Assembly (NCBI GenBank): GCA_017882165.1
Contig: JADGPZ010000002.1
Coordinates: 14,142-78,141, forward strand
Length of the DNA stretch: 64,000 nucleotides
Reading direction: 5' to 3'
Origin: Candidatus Kapaibacterium sp.
GTDB taxonomy: Bacteria > Bacteroidota > Ignavibacteria > Palsa-1295
A model generated the notes under the pieces. That model was given only the letters and a program-made list of their open reading frames with translations. It ran no database searches and was not told the origin of the DNA. The position numbers were made by a program, and so were the translations under genes. Shown here piece after piece: positions 1 through 9,460 of the stretch; position 1 is the first letter of the stretch; each line of letters opens with the position of its first letter.

Positions 1-1218
1 ATCCTCTTCGATACGTTCAGCGAGAAGGAGCGCCCGATGGCCGCCAGCATTTTCGGGCTTGGCGTCGTTATTGGTCCAACGCTTGCTCCGATGCTTGGCG
101 GCTGGATCATCGACAATTATAGTTGGCCATGGATTTTCTTCATCAATTTGCCAATTGGCATCATTGCAGCGATTCTCTCCTGGACCTATATTAAAGAGCG
201 AACGCACCGGAGGCAAGTGCTGCGGATCGACTGGGCCGGCATTGCACTGCTCATTGTGGGGATTGCCTCGCTGCAATATGTGCTAGAGCGCGGTCAATCG
301 GAAGACTGGTTCGATTCGCGAACCATCGTCTTGCTTGCTGTCACCGCTGTGATCTCTCTCGTTCTCTTCGTCTGGCGCGAGTTGACGACGAAGTATCCGG
401 TCGTCAACCTGCACGTCCTCAAAAGCCGCGTTCTCGCTTCATGTGGGGTACTCACCTTTGTCATTGGCTTCGGGCTGTTTGCTTCTGTGTTCGTCGTTCC
501 CGTCTTTGCCCAGCAGTTGCTCGGATATACGGCGATGCAAACGGGTTTGCTGTTGGTGCCGGGCGCGATCGTGACGATGGTTATGATGCCTCTGGTCGGC
601 CGCATTCAGGAGAAAGGAATGCCGCCGCAGGTCATGCTCTTCACCGGCTTTGCACTGACGGCGCTCTACACCTTTATGCTCTCTCGTATCAACCTCGATG
701 CGGGATGGGGGACGTTCTTCGGTCCTCTCGTGATTCGAGGCGTCGGGATGTCGCTTGCGATGATTCCACTCATGACGCTTGCCATCTCGGGGCTTCAGCC
801 GCGAGACCTTCCTCAAGGCGTCGCCCTCAATAATATGCTGCGGCAGCTTGGCGGATCATTTGGCATTGCGATCGTTACCACCTATCTTGCGCACCGCGTC
901 GGAGTCAATCGCGTCGCCCTGCTCTCGCATGTGACCCAGTATGGCACGGCGACACAGCAGCGATTGAGTATGCTCACCAATGGCTTCATGGCGAAGGGGT
1001 CATCGCTCGCGATCGCCAAACAGCAAGCCCTTGCCGCGATCGATGGGAGCGTCATGCGGCAGACGATGGTCAAGAGTTATATCGATATTTTCCTGTTTGT
1101 CACGATTTTCTTTGTTCTCTGTCTGCCGCTCATTCTCATGATTCGCCGAGGGCATCCGGCGCTGGATCGAGAAGAGATGGAAGAGGAAAGAGAACTGGTT
1201 CTGATGAATTTTGAATGA
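1..1218 (+). CDS. MFS transporter, DHA2/EmrB-QacA-like drug efflux permease (5' partial; C-terminal ~400 aa in window)
   Basis: Frame 1 is open from base 1 and continuous with the ORF at 37..1218. It has multiple hydrophobic TM segments and typical MFS loop motifs. It is directly followed by a TolC-like gene. Confidence 0.75.
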   Translation: MLFDTFSEKERPMAASIFGLGVVIGPTLAPMLGGWIIDNYSWPWIFFINLPIGIIAAILSWTYIKERTHRRQVLRIDWAGIALLIVGIASLQYVLERGQSEDWFDSRTIVLLAVTAVISLVLFVWRELTTKYPVVNLHVLKSRVLASCGVLTFVIGFGLFASVFVVPVFAQQLLGYTAMQTGLLLVPGAIVTMVMMPLVGRIQEKGMPPQVMLFTGFALTALYTFMLSRINLDAGWGTFFGPLVIRGVGMSLAMIPLMTLAISGLQPRDLPQGVALNNMLRQLGGSFGIAIVTTYLAHRVGVNRVALLSHVTQYGTATQQRLSMLTNGFMAKGSSLAIAKQQALAAIDGSVMRQTMVKSYIDIFLFVTIFFVLCLPLILMIRRGHPALDREEMEEERELVLMNFE

Positions 1219-1221
1219 TAA

Positions 1222-2529
1222 ATGATGAAATCCATTTTGCTTAGTATTGCCTTCGTTTTTCCGAGCCTCGCCCTCTATGCGCAGCATCCGGACACACTTA
1301 CGCTCGCAAATGCCGTGCGGATGGCGGTACAGACGGCGCCCGGTGCGCACGCGGCTGCCGCCGGAGTCGACGCAGCCAAAGCGCACCTCAAGGAGACCGA
1401 TTCCTACGTCTACCCGCAGATCAATGGCGATGCGAATTACACGCGGATCGATCCGGTCATTACGCTTTCCATCCCAATGAATGGGCAATTGCAGAGCTTC
1501 AGTACCATGCCGAATGATAACTACAACGGCAATCTGAACGTCCAGCAACTCATCACGACGTTCGGCCGCGAACGCGCCAACGAGCGCGTTGCGGAAAGCG
1601 GCATCCAAACGGCGGAGGACAATCTCCGGCAGTCGCAGACACTGGCTGCATACCAGACCGTGCAGACCTACTACGCGCTGCTTACGACCGATGAGGCGAT
1701 CCACGTCGAGCAAGATCAACTCACCGTGCTTAAAGAGAACCTCGGAATCACGGAGCAGCGCGTGAAACAGGGCACCGCCACATCGCTCGATCCGCTTTCG
1801 GTGCAAGTGCGCATCTCAACGATCCAAAGTCAGATCGCCGATCTCACTTCGTCGCGGCGCAAGCAGGAGTCGCAATTGCGCCGACTCACTGGTCTCGCGC
1901 CGGGTTCGCCGGTCAATGTCACCCGCGCAACGCTGGGCGAGGCGCTCCCCGAGCAGCTCGATACACTCCACGCCATCGCCGAACGTCAGCGGACGGAGAT
2001 CCAACTGGCAAAAGATGCAATGCAGACAGCCCGGTTTCAGATCGAGGCCGCACGATCGTCGAACAATCCTGTGCTCTCGGCAAATGTTGCCGGTGGAGTC
2101 AAGGATGGCTACCTTCCTAACCTGACCGATCCAAAGCTGAACTGGGCCGGCACGGTGAGCCTCCATGTGCCGCTCTTCGATGGTGGGCGTGTTTCGAGTC
2201 AGGTCGATCAGGCCGATGCGAATTATCGCGCAGCGCAGGCGCGGCTGGAAGATGCCGAGCGCGGCGTCGAAAATGACATCGAGCAAGCGCTCGCCGATCT
2301 CGAAGCGAGCCGCTCGCGGTTAGAGCTTACAAAAGTACAGATCGATCAAGCCAAACAAGCATTCGATGTGGCGCAAGTCCGATACAAGAATGGCGCCGCG
2401 ACGAACCTTGATGTACTCACCGCGCAGCAGGCGCTCGAGGCATCGCAGTTACAGCAAGCGCAACTCATGTATGCATACGAACTGAGCGAGTACAATCTGA
2501 ACCGCGCGGTCGGGACGAAGGTGTGGTGA
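1222..2529 (+). CDS. TolC-family outer membrane efflux protein
   Basis: Signal peptide (MMKSILLSIAFVFPSLALYAQ). Two repeated coiled-coil/beta segments with the TolC-like LTLxxAxxxA / QQA patterns. Start is 4 nt after the MFS stop. Confidence 0.8.
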   Translation: MMKSILLSIAFVFPSLALYAQHPDTLTLANAVRMAVQTAPGAHAAAAGVDAAKAHLKETDSYVYPQINGDANYTRIDPVITLSIPMNGQLQSFSTMPNDNYNGNLNVQQLITTFGRERANERVAESGIQTAEDNLRQSQTLAAYQTVQTYYALLTTDEAIHVEQDQLTVLKENLGITEQRVKQGTATSLDPLSVQVRISTIQSQIADLTSSRRKQESQLRRLTGLAPGSPVNVTRATLGEALPEQLDTLHAIAERQRTEIQLAKDAMQTARFQIEAARSSNNPVLSANVAGGVKDGYLPNLTDPKLNWAGTVSLHVPLFDGGRVSSQVDQADANYRAAQARLEDAERGVENDIEQALADLEASRSRLELTKVQIDQAKQAFDVAQVRYKNGAATNLDVLTAQQALEASQLQQAQLMYAYELSEYNLNRAVGTKVW

Positions 2530-2819
2530 ACCCCTGCATGTAGGACAAGCGTCCCCGCTTGCCCCCTCTAAAAAGGCAATCGCTGCTCGGGATGTATGTA
2601 ACCCTTGCAGCGATCAGTTAGTGGTAACTTCCGCGAGTCTCGGACCGCCAACTCTGCGGGCAAGCACATCGGCGTTGCCTGGGCGATAGGGGAATGCTCG
2701 CGATACCTTTTGAGTCCGGGTTTTTCCGGACACCCCAAAATGGCAGAAGGAGATTACCTCGATATTATGATAGCGTCAGCAAGTCATTAAGACTCACAAA
2801 CCCATCCACATACGCACAA

Positions 2820-3857
2820 TCACTCGACGATCACTTTCGCGTGATCGACCTCGGTGCCATCTACAGACATGCGGACGAAGTAACAACCAGAGGGGAGTGG
2901 CGCCCCTTCGATTTCGATGGAGGACTGGCCCACGGGCATCGTCCCATCGACGAGCGTATGTACCGATCGGCCCAACATGTCGGCCAACGTGATGCGAACA
3001 CGGCCTGACTCCGGAATCTCGAATCCAATATGGGAAAGTTGCGGGGTCGGATTGGCGTTGATCCGAAGGTGAGCAGAAGATTGGGAATTTCCGCTGACCG
3101 CACCCGTGACTGCCAAACTAATCGTGCCGAGTGCCTCGATCGGATGGGACTGGCTATTGTCGGTTGCCGTGGTCTGCTGCACAAAAATCACGGCTGTCAT
3201 ATTGTCGGTGTTCCAGTTGGCGTGGAGCGATGGGTCGTAGGTAACGGAGAAGGCCTTCGGTCCGCTGAATGGCGTTGAACCGGTCGCGGTTGGCAGCATG
3301 ATACGAAAGATATTGTTCCAGAGATCGCCCGGCATGGCGCCGTACGCCAGCGTATTGTGATAGACGATATTCGACTCCGTGAGCATCACACAGACCTTGA
3401 CTACATTCGGAGAACTGACGGAGAAATTGATGGTAATTATGCCATCGGTGCCGACGGACTTCGTCACGACGATCGGCGTCAGCGGTTGTGCAAGGCTCGC
3501 GGTGGTTAGTTGCTCCCAACTGGATTCGCTCGCACCGCCGGATCCGGCAAAGTATCCATCGATAAACGTTGTCGGATCATTCAGGCCGGAGCCTGCGCTA
3601 TAGAGCGCGTCCCGATTCGTGGTGGAAGGCTTGCCATCGACAAAGAACAGATCAGTCGGATCCGTATTGCTATTGTGACTACAAATTAGCACAACGCCCG
3701 AGACGGTCGAGAGATAGGATGCGTACTTATCGTCGGCCAGGCGGCAATTCCCACAATTGATATTGCTGAAAAGCTCGGTCACCACTTTGGGCTGGGCCGT
3801 TGCAGCAACGTTAAAGGCAACGGAGAGTCCGAGAAAAACGAGTGCGCGGTACTTCAT
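2820..3857 (-). CDS. Secreted protein with type-A T9SS (Por) C-terminal sorting domain; CGNC motif near N-terminus
   Basis: N-terminal signal peptide (MKYRALVFLGLSVAFNVAATAQ). The last ~70 aa (RVRITLADMLGRSVHTLVDG...GCYFVRMSVDGTEVDHAKVIVE) match the conserved T9SS CTD beta-sandwich pattern. Confidence 0.6.
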   Translation of the reverse strand: MKYRALVFLGLSVAFNVAATAQPKVVTELFSNINCGNCRLADDKYASYLSTVSGVVLICSHNSNTDPTDLFFVDGKPSTTNRDALYSAGSGLNDPTTFIDGYFAGSGGASESSWEQLTTASLAQPLTPIVVTKSVGTDGIITINFSVSSPNVVKVCVMLTESNIVYHNTLAYGAMPGDLWNNIFRIMLPTATGSTPFSGPKAFSVTYDPSLHANWNTDNMTAVIFVQQTTATDNSQSHPIEALGTISLAVTGAVSGNSQSSAHLRINANPTPQLSHIGFEIPESGRVRITLADMLGRSVHTLVDGTMPVGQSSIEIEGAPLPSGCYFVRMSVDGTEVDHAKVIVE

Positions 3858-3872
3858 GAGGATTCCAAAAAG

Positions 3873-5612
3873 CTAAAATTGACTGGTCAGTGTCAGTCTT
3901 AGCCCTTGGAACGGCGGGACGGCGCGGCAAATTCCGCCGCTACAGTTGATGCCACCCCGCTCGGTTCCATACGAGGCGAGCAGCGTATGCCCATTTCCAA
4001 TGCGGAACGAAAGAAACCCCTGGTTCTTCCATGCGCCATCCTGATGCGTCCAGGCATCGAAGAACCCGAGGTCGGAGTTCAAGCTGGCCCCCGGGTCGGC
4101 GCCCGTCGTATGGTCGAAGCTGAAGCCGAAGGTAAAGGTCGAATTAAGGGTGTATTGGAGCGTCAGCAGTTCGTTCAAACGGTTATGGTCAGGCTGCACG
4201 GCCACGTCATAGGACCATTGGTGTTCGAAGACGGCAAGAAGGCTCTGAGTCGGTGACGTCTCATATTGGACCTTCGCCGCAAGCGTCGTCGATGAGCGGT
4301 AGTCCGACTCGGATGGCACATCTGGACGGTAGAGAATCACGTCACTGCGGCGGTGGAATGCAAACTTCGCATAGTTCAGGTCGTTCGCCGGATCGAATTC
4401 CCACTCGACCTCGCTAAAGATTTCCCAGAAGGGGTAAAAGCCAAGATCGGAGAGCTTCGGAAAAAGGTTGGTCGATTCGAGCACCTTCGGTGTGTCCGAT
4501 GCATCGTACTTATTGTGCGTGCTCGAACCCGAAGCATTGAGATTGATCGTGATGTGCGGGATCGCCGTGATGCTCGCATCGAGTTCGTAGCCGAGTTCGT
4601 CATCGTAGTTGACGGCGTGCATCGTACGCGTGATCGAGGTATAGGTGAAATCTTTATAGACCTCTGGCGGATTCGAGATGGGCATCTTCGCAAAGGTCGC
4701 GGTGAGCGGATCGCCGTATGAATGGGGATGATAAGCGTAGTTCTTGTATTCGAATGTCGCGCCGAAGCTTGGGTTTGAATAGCTGAGCGAGCCATAGACG
4801 GCGTGTCCCGTGTTCGAGGTGTCCGGGATCGGATTCAGCGGATTGAGCACGGCGGCGTGCGTGCGGTCCTCGGTCCACTCGAGGAATGCCTCGACTTCGC
4901 CGGCATTCAGATCGACGTAGAAGTCCGGCTGGTTAATCTGACGATTCGTGGTCGTTGTATATCGTCCGAAGACCTCATTCGTCGAAGTAAACGCCTGCAC
5001 GAACGACGCGCCGAGCAGCAACTTCTTTTTGAAAAATCCGAACTCCGCATTGGCCGCACGCGCGGAAATATGCATCATCGGCAGCGTAGTGTCGATCGGG
5101 TAGAAGTCTTCAATTCCTTCGATGGCCTGCACGCGGATCGACGCACCGAGATTCAGAAACTCCTTGGGTATCTTGAACTCGGTCTTGGCGGAGGCGCCGT
5201 CGAGCCAGGAGTCATAGTTCAGCGTGCGCGCCTCGAAGATATTGAATGCGACGCCCCGGCCAAAGAGGGCGCTGACATCGCCGGCCTGAAGGTCAAGCCC
5301 ATCTTTGTTATATGCGATCCAGCGCTTCCGGAAATTGCGATCCTGATACGACCGGCCGACCTCGCTCGGGTCGTCCATCTCGTAGCGGAGGCCGATGGAC
5401 AAATTCTGATAGAAGAGCCGCACGTTCGCGATTTCCTCGAAATAGCGTTTGCCGACATCCTGTGCGGCGACATTCGTCGAGCCATCCCCGAAGCGGAGGA
5501 TATTCGATCCGGCGGCATGCACACCTCCGCCATCGGACTCCTGCGCCAGAGCGGGAGCCGAAAATACCAAAAACAAGCAGATAGGGGCAATAGACCTGAT
5601 TTTCCAATTCAC
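3873..5612 (-). CDS. Outer-membrane beta-barrel protein (unknown family), probable GTG start
   Basis: Signal peptide VNWKIRSIAPICLFLVFSAPALA-QE begins at a GTG (plus 5610-5612). The sequence has alternating amphipathic beta-strand character and an aromatic-rich C-terminus ending ...LTSQF. The longer ATG-initiated ORF up to 5864 would run into the tmRNA terminator. Confidence 0.5.
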   Translation of the reverse strand: MNWKIRSIAPICLFLVFSAPALAQESDGGGVHAAGSNILRFGDGSTNVAAQDVGKRYFEEIANVRLFYQNLSIGLRYEMDDPSEVGRSYQDRNFRKRWIAYNKDGLDLQAGDVSALFGRGVAFNIFEARTLNYDSWLDGASAKTEFKIPKEFLNLGASIRVQAIEGIEDFYPIDTTLPMMHISARAANAEFGFFKKKLLLGASFVQAFTSTNEVFGRYTTTTNRQINQPDFYVDLNAGEVEAFLEWTEDRTHAAVLNPLNPIPDTSNTGHAVYGSLSYSNPSFGATFEYKNYAYHPHSYGDPLTATFAKMPISNPPEVYKDFTYTSITRTMHAVNYDDELGYELDASITAIPHITINLNASGSSTHNKYDASDTPKVLESTNLFPKLSDLGFYPFWEIFSEVEWEFDPANDLNYAKFAFHRRSDVILYRPDVPSESDYRSSTTLAAKVQYETSPTQSLLAVFEHQWSYDVAVQPDHNRLNELLTLQYTLNSTFTFGFSFDHTTGADPGASLNSDLGFFDAWTHQDGAWKNQGFLSFRIGNGHTLLASYGTERGGINCSGGICRAVPPFQGLRLTLTSQF

Positions 5613-5677
5613 GACCTCAAAAATACGGCGATATTTGCCGCCGTCCGTGATTTGCGATTCTGAAGCCCGAAAGAAAA

Positions 5678-5703
5678 GCCCCCCGGATTTGCGTCCGGGG
5701 GGC
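5678..5703 (-). terminator. Rho-independent terminator hairpin downstream of tmRNA (GCCCCCCGGA-n-TCCGGGGGGC followed by a T-rich run on the minus strand)
   Basis: Perfect 10-bp GC stem immediately 3' of the tmRNA acceptor end on the minus strand, followed by TTTTCTTTC. Confidence 0.55.
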
Positions 5704-5707
5704 TTTG

Positions 5708-6228
5708 TGGAGATGAGGGGAGTCGAACCCCTGTCCGAAGAATTCAACCGAAGGGTACTACGCACATAGTCTCCTGATAAGTTAGATGACGCGCGATCAT
5801 AGCAGGAAACGACCGATCGCATGTCATCGCCCCTCCTTGTTACTTCAGCGCAAGCGAAGAGCACTCATGCGCCAAGAGATACGGCAAGATGATACCCGCT
5901 TTCGCGAGAACCACCCGTTACACCGCAGCCAGATCCGCCATATCCAAAGACCTGGTACGATGGGCACCCTCCCACCTATCGGCGAGATAGCAGCATCAAC
6001 TTTAAGTTACCTTAAAGGAGCTTAGGCAGCCATTGCGTAGCTATAAGTGTTCGCAATTGTTTGTTGCCGCGAGTTTGAGTCAGAACGTTCTTTGGATGAT
6101 CGCTCATCCACCGAACGTTCACGAGCGTTCCCGGCGCCACTCGGTGCGCACCTGTACGTGATTCCCGCTTTCGCGAGCCTCACGCACTACTTCAGCGGAT
6201 TATCCCCCGTCGAAGCCAATGCATCCCC
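5708..6228 (-). ncRNA. ssrA: tmRNA (SsrA), ~520 nt, predicted tag peptide ANTYSYAMAA
   Basis: Minus-strand 5' end GGGGATGCATTGGCTTCGACGGGGGATAATCC is the canonical tmRNA 5' motif. The 3' end is GGACAGGGGTTCGACTCCCC-TCATCTCC-A (T-arm plus acceptor). Acceptor pairing GGGGATG/CATCTCC includes the G3-U wobble. An internal reading frame gcg aac act tat agc tac gca atg gct gcc taa gives A-N-T-Y-S-Y-A-M-A-A-stop. Confidence 0.8.
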
Positions 6229-6374
6229 AGTCGGGAAAAGATGAAAGATGAAGTATGAAATATGAAAATCGCACTTCAACCATCTTAACCCATCATGATA
6301 AGCCAAAAACCTGAACGAGTGTTCCTTAGCGCAAATTCACGGGGAGCCTCTCAAATTCTGGTAGATTTGTAGTC

Positions 6375-8081
6375 TTGAAACGCACCTTCGACATTGCACT
6401 GGCCATTCTTGGCCTCGCCGTTATCGCGTTATTCACCACGCGTTACCGGATGCCATTCCGTTTGGACGACATCCTCCTGATGGAGTGGTCGCTCGCGCAC
6501 CACTGGTGGGACGCGTTCGATCCGATCAAGGGACAACTCGTAAATAGCTATCGGCCGGTCTTTGCGCTCGCGGCGTATGGTCTCACCCACGTCGCTGGCT
6601 GGGCGCACCCTTTTTGGTGGCACCTGAAGCTCTGCTCGACGCTGATTATCGGTCTCGCGTTCGTCGGCATGACCTCGCGGCAAATCGCGGGCCGTTGGTA
6701 CGCGCTCGAAATCTCGGTACTGCTCTATCCCATCGCCTTTGCGACGATACTGAATGTCTTCTTCTGGTACAGCGATCTGACGTATGGTCTTGAATTAGTT
6801 TTTACGGCACCAGCGTGGTATTTCGGCTTGCGGGGGTTGCGCGAAGGACGGCTCACGTTCTGGCTCTTGGCGATGCTGCTCGGCACGCTCGCCGTGCTTT
6901 CAAAAGAACCGGCATTTGTACTGGTGCATGTGGTGCTGATTTGGTCCTTGTTGGAAGAGCGGGCATGGACCAAGTGGACGGGATGGACACGATGGACGGC
7001 GATCGGCGCTTACGGGGTGCTCGTTGCTGTGACGGCATTCATAATAATCAACTCGCCGACGCGGGGCAATCGTTTTCTTTCGCTGGCTTCCCCAGGAATT
7101 GGGGAGGCGGTGCGCGAGCGGATCAATTATTATAGTGCCGTCTATCTTGCCACTGTTCCGAGGCTGCTCATCTTCTTGCCGATCGTATTTGTCGCGTTGC
7201 GCGAGTTCTTCCGAAGACTCGGCAGAGGCGCATCTCTCGTGGATTTCTTCATGCTCACCGTACTCGCCGCCGTAGCGAGTGTGTTGCTCTTTACGAACAT
7301 CCTGATCGCGGTCCCGCTGCTGTTCGTAATTCTTGTGATGCTCGCCATCACGCCGAATGAAGAACAAACGCGCGCCCGGCGGCTTCTGCCATTTGCCCTC
7401 TGCCTTATGCTTGCGATGGGCGCGCTGCTTTTTACGGTGCAGCTCGTCAAGACACAGCTTACGGAAGTGGCGATCCTATCGGTTATCGTCAGCGGCTGGG
7501 CGTGGTGCGTGTGGGGGGAGGATCTGTCGGAGAAGATGAAATCGATTCAGAATCGTCGAATGCGAATCGCCGTCGCCGTAGTTTTGGTAGCATGTGAAGC
7601 GATGGTTATTGTATCATCCATCCCAAAGATGAAGGCCGAAGAGCACATGCTTCGCGACGTGCGGGACGTGCGGCAGAACGCGAACGATGCGCTGACGTGG
7701 TCAGCCAAGAATCTGCCGGAGAATTCGCTCTTCGCGCTTGCGGTCTATGCGTTGCATGGTATCGAGCATCAGAATCTGCTCACGCCGAAAGACGATGCGA
7801 CCAAACTCCGGTCACAATACACGTTCGATGGCGGATTCGTCTATCACGTTTTGGAAGTGCTGGGTCGCCGCGATATTCGTCACGCCTATCTGGAGGATAC
7901 CGCGATGCTGCCGCGCGTCCTCGCGGCCATGCGTCGCGAGCCGAATTCCTATCTCTTCCTACAGTCGGAGTTGGACCTGAAGCTATTTCACGGGCAACCG
8001 TCACTCATCCAGCCATCGGATACGCTCGTCGCCCGGTTTGCGCGCGGGCCGTATCCGTGCGAGGTGTGGTTGTTACACTAA
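6375..8081 (+). CDS. Polytopic integral membrane protein, GT-C fold (ArnT/PMT/GT39-like) glycosyltransferase candidate; TTG start
   Basis: At least 10 predicted TM helices in the N-terminal ~420 aa. An acidic DD motif (RLDDILL) follows TM1 as in GT-C enzymes, and the C-terminal domain is soluble. No closer family assignment is possible by eye. Confidence 0.4.
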   Translation: MKRTFDIALAILGLAVIALFTTRYRMPFRLDDILLMEWSLAHHWWDAFDPIKGQLVNSYRPVFALAAYGLTHVAGWAHPFWWHLKLCSTLIIGLAFVGMTSRQIAGRWYALEISVLLYPIAFATILNVFFWYSDLTYGLELVFTAPAWYFGLRGLREGRLTFWLLAMLLGTLAVLSKEPAFVLVHVVLIWSLLEERAWTKWTGWTRWTAIGAYGVLVAVTAFIIINSPTRGNRFLSLASPGIGEAVRERINYYSAVYLATVPRLLIFLPIVFVALREFFRRLGRGASLVDFFMLTVLAAVASVLLFTNILIAVPLLFVILVMLAITPNEEQTRARRLLPFALCLMLAMGALLFTVQLVKTQLTEVAILSVIVSGWAWCVWGEDLSEKMKSIQNRRMRIAVAVVLVACEAMVIVSSIPKMKAEEHMLRDVRDVRQNANDALTWSAKNLPENSLFALAVYALHGIEHQNLLTPKDDATKLRSQYTFDGGFVYHVLEVLGRRDIRHAYLEDTAMLPRVLAAMRREPNSYLFLQSELDLKLFHGQPSLIQPSDTLVARFARGPYPCEVWLLH

Positions 8082-8131
8082 GATTGGTGTAGTGTGGAGT
8101 TCTACTCTATACATTCCGCCAGTGGCGAGGG

Positions 8132-8152
8132 CTGTGGAGTACAACTCCACAG
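8132..8152. terminator. Bidirectional terminator hairpin between convergent genes (CTGTGGAGT-aca-ACTCCACAG)
   Basis: Perfect 9-bp stem with a 3-nt loop, located between the stop of the + gene (8081) and the stop of the - gene (8168). Confidence 0.5.
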
Positions 8153-8167
8153 TACACAGGGAATAGC

Positions 8168-9277
8168 TTATTCCCCCCGATGCGCCGCAGCTTGTGACGG
8201 TGGCCGGACCCAATTCCAGGCTTCAAGAAATTTGGTCCTGAGATCGAGCGGGACCTCGTGGATCATGCCGGGGACGATGGTAAGCTCGAATGGTACTCCA
8301 CCCTTTATGCACTCATCGTGAATTGCTTCGATCTGGGCGTGGAAGGTGGGGTCTTCGAATTCGCCGCTGATCGCATAGATCCGCGTGCCTCGGTTGCGGA
8401 TCGCAGCCAATGCGCTATCGGTCGGCGGATCGGACGTGAAACCGGACATGGCAATCGCGCCGTGGAATAGATCGGGATGCCGGAGCGTGAGTTCAATGGA
8501 TGCTTGCGCGCCCTGCGAAAAACCGGTCAGATACACTTGCGCCGGATCAGCGAGATGCGCGTCCGTGTATTTGCGGGCAAGCGCCATGATCGGCCCTTCG
8601 ATCTGGTCCATGTTCGAGCCCCAGGAGTTCGTGATTTCCGACTCGCGGATAATTCCGGGCGGCACGACGATGACGGCCCGCAGCAGTTTTGCCATTTCGA
8701 TCCATCGTTCGGCGAAGCTCTCGTAATTGGCATTGCCGCCGTGCATGGCAATGATGAGTGGCCAGCGGGCTGTTGAATCGTAACCGTCGGGGTAGTAGGT
8801 GTATGAAGGCTGCGCGTGCCAGGTGGACCGCTCTTCGGCGCAGACTGCGGCCCAGAATTTGGAAACGCTGTCGAGCCAGTCGGACCCGCAATCCGCGACC
8901 ACGAGCGAGTCGAGCCGGACGAGAGCGGAATTCCAGAAGTGGTGCCGGAATGCGTGATCGAGCGAGACGCGGCAAGCGGAATCCTTGTGAAGACGGGCGT
9001 AACAACGCGAGATTCCATAGGCCGCGGTTCCCTGATACCACTCGCGAACGGCCAGCGGCAACGACGCACTATGCTCTACGGCCTCTCGGTAATGCTCGAT
9101 CGCACCGGTCCAATCGGACTGGTACTCGGCGATGCCCGCGAGATGCCAGTCGGCCCTCACGAACGCGTAGTAATCCTGTTGCTGCGCCCGAAGCTCGGGA
9201 GCCCGAAGAGCGGGCACAGCAAAAACAAAAAACAAAACGATAGCACGAGCCAGCGACGTGCGCGTGTATTCAAACAT
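8168..9277 (-). CDS. Secreted alpha/beta-hydrolase, phospholipase/carboxylesterase family, with N-terminal TPR-like region
   Basis: Signal peptide. GFSQGA nucleophile-elbow motif (GxSxG) and a downstream MSG...D/H catalytic pattern (LTGFSQGAQASIELTLRHPDLFHGAIAMSGF). Confidence 0.65.
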   Translation of the reverse strand: MFEYTRTSLARAIVLFFVFAVPALRAPELRAQQQDYYAFVRADWHLAGIAEYQSDWTGAIEHYREAVEHSASLPLAVREWYQGTAAYGISRCYARLHKDSACRVSLDHAFRHHFWNSALVRLDSLVVADCGSDWLDSVSKFWAAVCAEERSTWHAQPSYTYYPDGYDSTARWPLIIAMHGGNANYESFAERWIEMAKLLRAVIVVPPGIIRESEITNSWGSNMDQIEGPIMALARKYTDAHLADPAQVYLTGFSQGAQASIELTLRHPDLFHGAIAMSGFTSDPPTDSALAAIRNRGTRIYAISGEFEDPTFHAQIEAIHDECIKGGVPFELTIVPGMIHEVPLDLRTKFLEAWNWVRPPSQAAAHRGE

Positions 9278-9460
9278 TCAATTGTCGGCAAATACTAACC
9301 TGAAACGGACCGAAACCCGCTAATGACTTCTGTGCAGTGAGTGGGGCCCTGCACATGTTGACGTATGTGAAAAACGCTCACACCGAGGTATGAGTTCGAA
9401 TTTCCCTAACGCTCCTGAAACGTTAACACAGGGAGAACGGAGAAGTCACACAAGAATTCT

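Noticed and set aside
1000-1806. 268-aa ORF on the - strand spanning the MFS/TolC junction
   Set aside because: It overlaps two well-supported + strand genes and has no recognisable features.
4803-5663. 286-aa ORF on the + strand
   Set aside because: Antisense to the outer-membrane beta-barrel gene. Low-complexity Arg/Glu-rich.
5786-6244. Short + strand ORFs (79 aa, 65 aa) in the 5.7-6.3 kb gap
   Set aside because: They lie inside the tmRNA gene. The region is better explained as structured RNA.
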